The notes under the pieces were generated by a model that worked only from the letters and a program-made list of their open reading frames with translations, made no database searches and was not told the DNA's origin. This document shows positions 57,904 to 64,000 of a DNA stretch of 64,000 nucleotides, piece after piece. Source of the stretch: a virus (Duplodnaviria > Caudoviricetes); the IMG/VR virus record IMGVR_UViG_3300028591_000090, positions 1 to 64,000 of that record; one strand, written 5' to 3'. The translations under genes were made by a program, and so were the position numbers. Each line of letters starts with the position of its first letter. Positions within the stretch are counted from its first letter, which is position 1.

Positions 57904-58296
57904 TCAATTAACCAAATTATTTTCATATTTTTGTTTAAGTCTTAAATATTCTTGATATTCTTTTTCTCTTACTTTCTCAACGGATTTCTTTAATGCTTCC
58001 TTGTAATCGGAAATACGTTTTTTTACCTCTCTTGTGAAAACATCATCATCTAAAAGCCCTTCAAATGAAAAATTACAACTACTATTTAAATATTCATCTT
58101 CAAAACAAAAACCTTTCAAAGGTAATTTAATTATCGAATCTTGAATATGACATCCAAATACTTGGTTATCAGAGACTTCTTCAAATTCACATAGGTAGAG
58201 TGCTATCTTTTTCAATTCTAAAGCTCTTCTATTTATTTTTTCTTGAATCTTCGCACATTGTGTTAGTTCTTCTTTTGTTATCAATTTGTCGCTCAT
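57904..58296 (-). CDS. hypothetical protein
   Basis: EY.EYLRLK.KYE tail. Confidence 0.7.
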   Translation of the reverse strand: MSDKLITKEELTQCAKIQEKINRRALELKKIALYLCEFEEVSDNQVFGCHIQDSIIKLPLKGFCFEDEYLNSSCNFSFEGLLDDDVFTREVKKRISDYKEALKKSVEKVREKEYQEYLRLKQKYENNLVN

Positions 58297-58313
58297 ATCT
58301 TACTTTGTTTTAA

Positions 58314-58703
58314 TCACCACACTTTCAAAAATTTCGTAGTACGTCTCCTCGGTTCAGCAACATAGTCATAATAAGGAGTCCAGTCACTCCAGTACCCAGC
58401 CATCAGCCTTTTGTTGTGTGGTCCGTGGATTCGTTCGTCTACAACTGTATATACATTGTCTTTCAATGTGACACGTATCGTCTTTTGCCCAAATAGAAAC
58501 TCATGATTCCCGTTTGACATCAAGAATCTTTTGATGTATGGAAATAAATCGTAGAAGTTCTTCCACACTTTCTTGCTTCTCTTCAATGACGGAACTCTTA
58601 CTGTTATGCCGATGGTGTCATTCCACTTGTGTCCTTGATTGACATAGCGTTTGTTGTCCCTATGGACAATTCTTGGCATTTTATGATATTCTATTCCTCT
58701 CAT
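58314..58703 (-). CDS. phage protein, paralog of 59200..59541
   Basis: RVPSLKR.KK.W.NFY...RTTK.LKVW. Confidence 0.78.
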   Translation of the reverse strand: MRGIEYHKMPRIVHRDNKRYVNQGHKWNDTIGITVRVPSLKRSKKVWKNFYDLFPYIKRFLMSNGNHEFLFGQKTIRVTLKDNVYTVVDERIHGPHNKRLMAGYWSDWTPYYDYVAEPRRRTTKFLKVW

Positions 58704-59155
58704 AAATAATCTTTTTCCTTTAAAGCTTCGAATAATTCACTTTCAATTCTTGCTATCTTATCAAATCTTTCCTCCTTGGCTTTCATTCTGTCTTTTTCTT
58801 CTAAGATAGCTTCATACGCAATACGGCTTAATCTTAAATATAGTTCATCTTTATCTTCAACGGAATCATATTCATAGACAAAATAGTTTTCTTCATAACT
58901 GCACCATAGTTCTTCAAGCGTGCCTTTGCCATATTTCGCTTCAAGCGATTTTAAGTAATTGCAGACATCCTCAATGGATTTTCCAAACAGCATGTCACGA
59001 GAAATCTCGATTCGTTTCCTTACACTTTTGATATTGTAATCGTCATCGGATAACGTTCTGTCTATTACAGAAGCGACAGTATCCCTTGTAATGCCTAAAC
59101 ACTCATAAGTTTCAAACATATCATCGATAAGATCTTTTCTAATCAAATTCTCCAT
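58700..59155 (-). CDS. hypothetical protein
   Basis: packed ORF. Confidence 0.7.
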   Translation of the reverse strand: MENLIRKDLIDDMFETYECLGITRDTVASVIDRTLSDDDYNIKSVRKRIEISRDMLFGKSIEDVCNYLKSLEAKYGKGTLEELWCSYEENYFVYEYDSVEDKDELYLRLSRIAYEAILEEKDRMKAKEERFDKIARIESELFEALKEKDYL

Positions 59156-59199
59156 GATTCTACTTAATATTTGTAATTGTATCGTTTGTTATAATCACA

Positions 59200-59541
59200 T
59201 TACCACACTTTCAGATATTTTGTCGTTCTAATTCTGTAGTCTGGTCCATGTAACTTAAACCATCCGCCATGTATTCTTTCTTCTCTTACTGTGTATATGT
59301 TGCCATCTAAAGTGACAGTTCCGCAGTATCTGCCGGCATGCTGTTCACCCATTGACATCAGATGCTCTTTAATCCAAGGATATAGTTTGTAGAAGTTCTC
59401 CCATGTTTTCTTGTTTCTTTTGAGAGACGGGACTCTTATCTTGTAGCCGCAGCTACTGCTCCAACCTTTCGTTTTTATATTATATGCTCCTTTATTATCT
59501 CTGTAGACTGCTTTTGGCATTTTTCTGTAATCTATTTTCAT
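59200..59541 (-). CDS. phage protein, paralog of 58314..58703
   Basis: same motifs as 58314..58703. Confidence 0.78.
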   Translation of the reverse strand: MKIDYRKMPKAVYRDNKGAYNIKTKGWSSSCGYKIRVPSLKRNKKTWENFYKLYPWIKEHLMSMGEQHAGRYCGTVTLDGNIYTVREERIHGGWFKLHGPDYRIRTTKYLKVW

Positions 59542-59737
59542 AACTTTACCTTTTTTTAATTTAACTCTGCAAATATAAACAAAATTTTTAATAAATGCAA
59601 ATATTTTGGCAAAAAAAATGGAGAAGAGTTACTATTTTTCACCTTCTCCGTTGTCGTAGCCCTCTAATATCATTGTAATTAAAAATGCAATATCGGCTAC
59701 GAGCATAACACTACATAATGCATCCATTTTATAAAAA

Positions 59738-61885
59738 TTATTTTGTAATATATCTTAGTTCACCATTATGAACACGTATATTTGAATTTTTATCTGAATA
59801 TTGACCTAATATATTTGCTCTTAAAAATTGTTGTCTTTGTTGTTCTGCTTTATAAGATTTAACAATTATATCAGAATAAGAAAAATTACCATCATAATCA
59901 ACTTGTTTTAATCTAAAATAAGAAAATAAAGAACCACTAATATCAATTATCGGTTCTGCTGTATATGTATAACCAGTTGTCGAAGCAGATGAAATTTGAT
60001 ACGTACATTCGGTAAAATCCGTTCCATTGCTTGAATATTCAACTACAAAAAAATCATTGTTCGTTTCTGATTCAGTCTTCCACTCGAATTTGTTGCCGTT
60101 GATTTTGAAATATGTTAGTGAGATTGGGAGAAATATTGCCATATTTTTTTCATTCATACAATCTTCATATGAAGAATATGCTGCTATTGCACTTTTCGCT
60201 TTTAAAGCGTTCCCATTGTTTTGATTATTACGTACATCATAATATGGATTTTCTCTTATTACATTATCATTTATGTCAGATTCATCTTCTGGAGTCCATT
60301 CGTTATCCCAACCTGTATCACTATTAGTTAAATATAAAAGAATACCTAAGCAAAATCCCATATTATCTGCATTATTCGCAATTAATAATTTTGAATTATT
60401 TTCCCACGTATTTGATTCATATAATTCTCTATTTGATTTATTAGGATTATAACACAAATTCATTATTGATTTTTTAGTAACAACATATTTAATATTGTTA
60501 CTAATACTACCACCAATAGTTAATATGCCACTTGTATTATTTTCCTCATCATCTGACACTACCATTGTTTTTGATGAAATAACTTCATCCGCTATGATAT
60601 GACCATATATTTTAATATTGTTTATATTACCATCTATTTGTAAAGTATCAACATTAACATAAGAACAAGCATCAAAAACTAAATTTCCAGAATATAAATA
60701 CCCTTGACCATTATACATTGTTAATTTACTGGATGATATTTCTCCATTCATTTTAAAAGATGGCTCATTTGTACTTAATCTGACTGTATCCGCAGTAATA
60801 GAACTTCCACAATTAAGAGTTAAATAACTTTTATTTCCTTGCGACTGACCAGTCATATATAAATTAACCTCATCTCCTTTAATATCACCAGCATTATAAA
60901 ATAATACATCTCCATGATTAGATACGTATCCATAATTAAACGTGAATTTTGAAACATCTATTTCACCATAATTATATATTAAACCTTTGGATATATTATT
61001 CTCTTCTGTAAGAGTCAATTTTGCACCATTTTCAACAATCAATGTTGCCCCATAATCTAAATTCAAAAAGCAATACTCTTCATCCTCTGAAACGATATAT
61101 GTTTCATTAAAGCCGATATTTAATGTCTCACAATCATATTCTACAGTTATTGCGTGTTCTATATCAGCAATCGTTATTGATAGTTCATTTTCTTCGAGTT
61201 CGTATGTCTCAACATCATCAATAACACTTTGTGCATCAACATGCTTTGTTTGGCTACTATTACCATTATCTTTATATATTGGACCAGTTGTTGTTCCAAA
61301 CACATAAAAATCACTATTACCACTTGTTTTTAATCTAACAACCGCATTAGAATTATACTGATAAGATCCCCACTCTCTTCGTGACCAATAAGACACTAAA
61401 TTTTTCTCAACAACAATATTAGAGTTATTATCTTGGTTAAATCTAACATACCAATAATTATCGGCAATATCATGTGTAACCAAATTTCCCTTTATATATA
61501 AATTTGCATTCTTACCCAAATAAACATCCGAACAATCTCCTATGTCAAAATCTCCATTTATTATTAGTATTGAATTGTCATCTACATATAAATTACCCCA
61601 ATTTAATAAATTTAAATCACCATCAAGGCGAACATATCCTGATATATGAAGATTTGTACTATATGAAACATTAAACTCATCGAAGTTATTAGAATTATTA
61701 TCATTTGATATTGTAAATGGAGTATGCCCTGTCCAATTTGATATAGTCTCAAATTCTTTACCAGGATTTGTTCCACCATTTATATAAGCATCATATATAG
61801 CCCCCTTCGCCTCAATAATATTGGCAAAAAACAGTATTATAAATAATATAACAATCAACAATATTCCTTTACTTTCTCGTTTCAT
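59738..61885 (-). CDS. secreted beta-rich protein with T9SS-cargo-like C-terminus
   Basis: signal peptide; LPISLTYF...W.T.SE.NN.FF.VE.S..G..F...YFRLKQVDYDG.FSYS. Confidence 0.8.
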   Translation of the reverse strand: MKRESKGILLIVILFIILFFANIIEAKGAIYDAYINGGTNPGKEFETISNWTGHTPFTISNDNNSNNFDEFNVSYSTNLHISGYVRLDGDLNLLNWGNLYVDDNSILIINGDFDIGDCSDVYLGKNANLYIKGNLVTHDIADNYWYVRFNQDNNSNIVVEKNLVSYWSRREWGSYQYNSNAVVRLKTSGNSDFYVFGTTTGPIYKDNGNSSQTKHVDAQSVIDDVETYELEENELSITIADIEHAITVEYDCETLNIGFNETYIVSEDEEYCFLNLDYGATLIVENGAKLTLTEENNISKGLIYNYGEIDVSKFTFNYGYVSNHGDVLFYNAGDIKGDEVNLYMTGQSQGNKSYLTLNCGSSITADTVRLSTNEPSFKMNGEISSSKLTMYNGQGYLYSGNLVFDACSYVNVDTLQIDGNINNIKIYGHIIADEVISSKTMVVSDDEENNTSGILTIGGSISNNIKYVVTKKSIMNLCYNPNKSNRELYESNTWENNSKLLIANNADNMGFCLGILLYLTNSDTGWDNEWTPEDESDINDNVIRENPYYDVRNNQNNGNALKAKSAIAAYSSYEDCMNEKNMAIFLPISLTYFKINGNKFEWKTESETNNDFFVVEYSSNGTDFTECTYQISSASTTGYTYTAEPIIDISGSLFSYFRLKQVDYDGNFSYSDIIVKSYKAEQQRQQFLRANILGQYSDKNSNIRVHNGELRYITK

Positions 61886-61906
61886 TTCTCAATTAAATCA
61901 TTTTAT

Positions 61907-63246
61907 ATAGTTTCAAAATCCATAGCAAAATATGGAAATTGTTTATAATTTAACAATTACTGGGTGAACTACAACACCCTCTATCCCATCGTTGAAAACT
62001 TTTGGGAATGCTTTTCTCATGATGTTATAGCTTCCGTTTACATCTGCGTTTATCTTGTTCCCATTTTCTGAAATAAACAAGCCACGGCGAACACGCTTGC
62101 CTTTATAAACATCATGCTTTTTAATTTCTTCCAAATCAAGGAAACTGCATTTAGATGTGTAGTTTTCCTCGTTTGTAATTACTTTTATCCCCACCTTTTC
62201 GCATTTGTATGAAATCATTTCAACAAATCTACTGTGGGGTATTTGTATGAAGTTCTGATTGTTTTTTGAACCGATGTTACAGTCTTTCTTCCATCCGTCG
62301 TTCTTTCCAATAACCAGAACAGATATATTCTTGTCTTTTAAATCATTGACTATTCTCTTACTTGCACGATGCAAGTAGTTGTCTACTTTATTATTCCTTT
62401 TATTTGTGAGCCTTCTTGTCCTATGCGAATGCTTTTTCTTATTGACTTTTTCTAATTTAGACTTATGTTTCGCAAGTTCCTTATTATAGAACTGGTTCAT
62501 CGATTTCAAAGGTTTTCCGTTTATTATAACTGGCTGTTCTCCATACGAATATGTTACCGTAGCAAGGTTATTAACGCCTAAATCAATTGAGGCAATTCTT
62601 TTATTGAATTTTACTTTTTCTACATCATCTATTGTATAGATTACCTCAATTACATATTGCTCGATTCTTGGAACAATCCTTACACAATTTATTGATTTAA
62701 AGTCGTTTATTTTTGTATAAAATTCTATGTTTACTTTTGATAGTTTAATTTTATGGGACTTATCAAATACTTTTTTTGAGATAGTCTGATTGTTGAATAC
62801 TGTAACATATCTTCCATCTTCTTTGTGTAAGAATTTTGGAAACTTGATGTTTTTATTATCAACATTATTTGAACGAATCATTCCGAAAAACGAGTTGCAA
62901 GTCGCATGAACAGCACGAAGTGTCGCCTGAGCAACCTTCTGCGGAAGTCGCTTGAAGCATTCATCGTTCTTCATATATAAATACGAATCATTCAATACAT
63001 TATATGTTTTGCTTTCTTCATATTCCTTTCGTATCAGATATAATGTCCTGTTATATATGTTTTTTGAAGAAAAACACAGCGAATCACATTCCTTATATAA
63101 GGAATGATTTCTATTAATAATATGTCTTTCTACCAATTGCATTTCTGTATAATAATACAGTTTCTTTTTATTATTTATTTGCAAAAATAATTGATTTTTT
63201 TTGTCAAATAAATTGTATTGTTTCCATAAATTTTCTATAATGTTAT
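61907..63246 (-). mobile_element. IS200/IS605-family (IS1341-like, tnpB only) element
   Basis: excision restores TAT AAA ATG ATT TAA stop of upstream gene; TTTAT left flank. Confidence 0.75.
61943..63142 (-). CDS. tnpB: TnpB RNA-guided nuclease (rearranged RuvC type)
   Basis: MQLVERHII, SIDLGVNNL, VIGKN..WK, EENYTSK, NADVNGSYNI. Confidence 0.92.
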   Translation of the reverse strand: MQLVERHIINRNHSLYKECDSLCFSSKNIYNRTLYLIRKEYEESKTYNVLNDSYLYMKNDECFKRLPQKVAQATLRAVHATCNSFFGMIRSNNVDNKNIKFPKFLHKEDGRYVTVFNNQTISKKVFDKSHKIKLSKVNIEFYTKINDFKSINCVRIVPRIEQYVIEVIYTIDDVEKVKFNKRIASIDLGVNNLATVTYSYGEQPVIINGKPLKSMNQFYNKELAKHKSKLEKVNKKKHSHRTRRLTNKRNNKVDNYLHRASKRIVNDLKDKNISVLVIGKNDGWKKDCNIGSKNNQNFIQIPHSRFVEMISYKCEKVGIKVITNEENYTSKCSFLDLEEIKKHDVYKGKRVRRGLFISENGNKINADVNGSYNIMRKAFPKVFNDGIEGVVVHPVIVKL

Positions 63247-63973
63247 ATAAAAATAATACAGACAATAAACTTGCTGGAATATTTTCATAAGTGAAATAAC
63301 AATTTTTAATATTCATTGCTGTATCTTTATATATCTTAATATTATTTAATTTATTTAAATTTATTTTAAAAACAACATATTGTTTAAGTCCAAGACTATC
63401 TGCCAATTCTGATAATTGTTCATCTATTGTACTAAAATCACTTGTTGAATATAAAAAAATCTTTTCTGGATAATATCTATATTCTGCACTTCGGCAACGT
63501 AATCCTTTTTTCATAATAAAGTTATAGTTTCTTTTATTTGTTATATGGAAACAAATTCCTTTATTTTCATTAAAGATTATATCCGTTGCATCTGTTGTAT
63601 AAACTGGTTCTATATATAATGTATCATCATCATTATAAGTAATATAATAATTAAAAAAATCTAATATATTTTTAAAATGTTCATTTAACAGTATTTCTAT
63701 TTTCCTATCTTTATTTTTACATTTAATTTCAAGGTTTGTTTTATCATCACTTGTTATCTTATTATATTCAACATCATCTGCAACATATTGTTTTAATTTT
63801 GCAATAAGAGAGTCTATATTATGAGATTGTAACATTTCACCTATAAAATCATATCTCCAATCTTCATTAAATTTTTCTTCAATCAATGAAAAGTCATTAC
63901 CGAAGAAATCTTTCAAAAATTTCTTTTTCTCGCAACATTTACAATATTCGTCAAACAGTAATACTTTTTTCAT
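63247..63973 (-). CDS. ART/Tpt1-like fold protein whose stop was displaced by the IS (reads into tnpB)
   Basis: FHIT...I.KKGL...IFL...NIP..L; LLFDEY start. Confidence 0.55.
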
Positions 63974-64000
63974 TTCTTTACTTTGTTTAATTTATGATTA

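Larger units (their letters stand above)
56641..57936 (-). repeat. ~64 bp direct repeat (56641-56704 and 57874-57936): ORF end KQKYENNLVN plus promoter
   Basis: identical sequence twice. Confidence 0.9.

Noticed and set aside
56970-63246. IStron (group I intron fused to tnpB)
   Set aside because: The intron-like RNA and the IS are ~4.4 kb apart with unrelated genes between
1-64000. Alternative genetic code (TAG or TGA recoding, as in Lak or crAss-like phages)
   Set aside because: Conserved genes are full length in the standard code, and TAG/TGA stops abut the next gene

Overview
Very AT-rich segment of a large T4-superfamily-like (jumbo) phage of a Bacteroidetes host, read in the standard code. 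The host inference rests on about 25 TAnnTTTG -7 promoters, Prevotella-phage-type small ORF families and a T9SS-cargo-like gene. Positions 1-22 kb are + strand early-type small-ORF cassettes plus a CCA-adding enzyme, a DNA methyltransferase and a MoxR AAA/VWA pair. Positions 22-64 kb are mostly - strand: putative head-internal proteins, HNH, RNA ligase, gp14-like neck protein, Dam-like MTase, UvsW/UvsY, ECF sigma, dUTPase, Nudix and a tnpB IS. A ~6 kb stable-RNA operon (47.7-53.8 kb) holds 23 canonical tRNAs including a UCA opal suppressor, 7 aberrant tRNA-like RNAs, a YrlA-type Y RNA and several unassigned structured RNAs. It also has rRNA-like boxA leaders, a leader-trailer helix and an upstream leader-peptide attenuator. 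Other unexplained elements are a free-standing, exon-less group I intron-like RNA (57.0-57.5 kb) and dispersed TnpB right-end (omegaRNA-like) copies with different guides. All RNA structures were folded by eye and protein families called from motifs; no searches were run.
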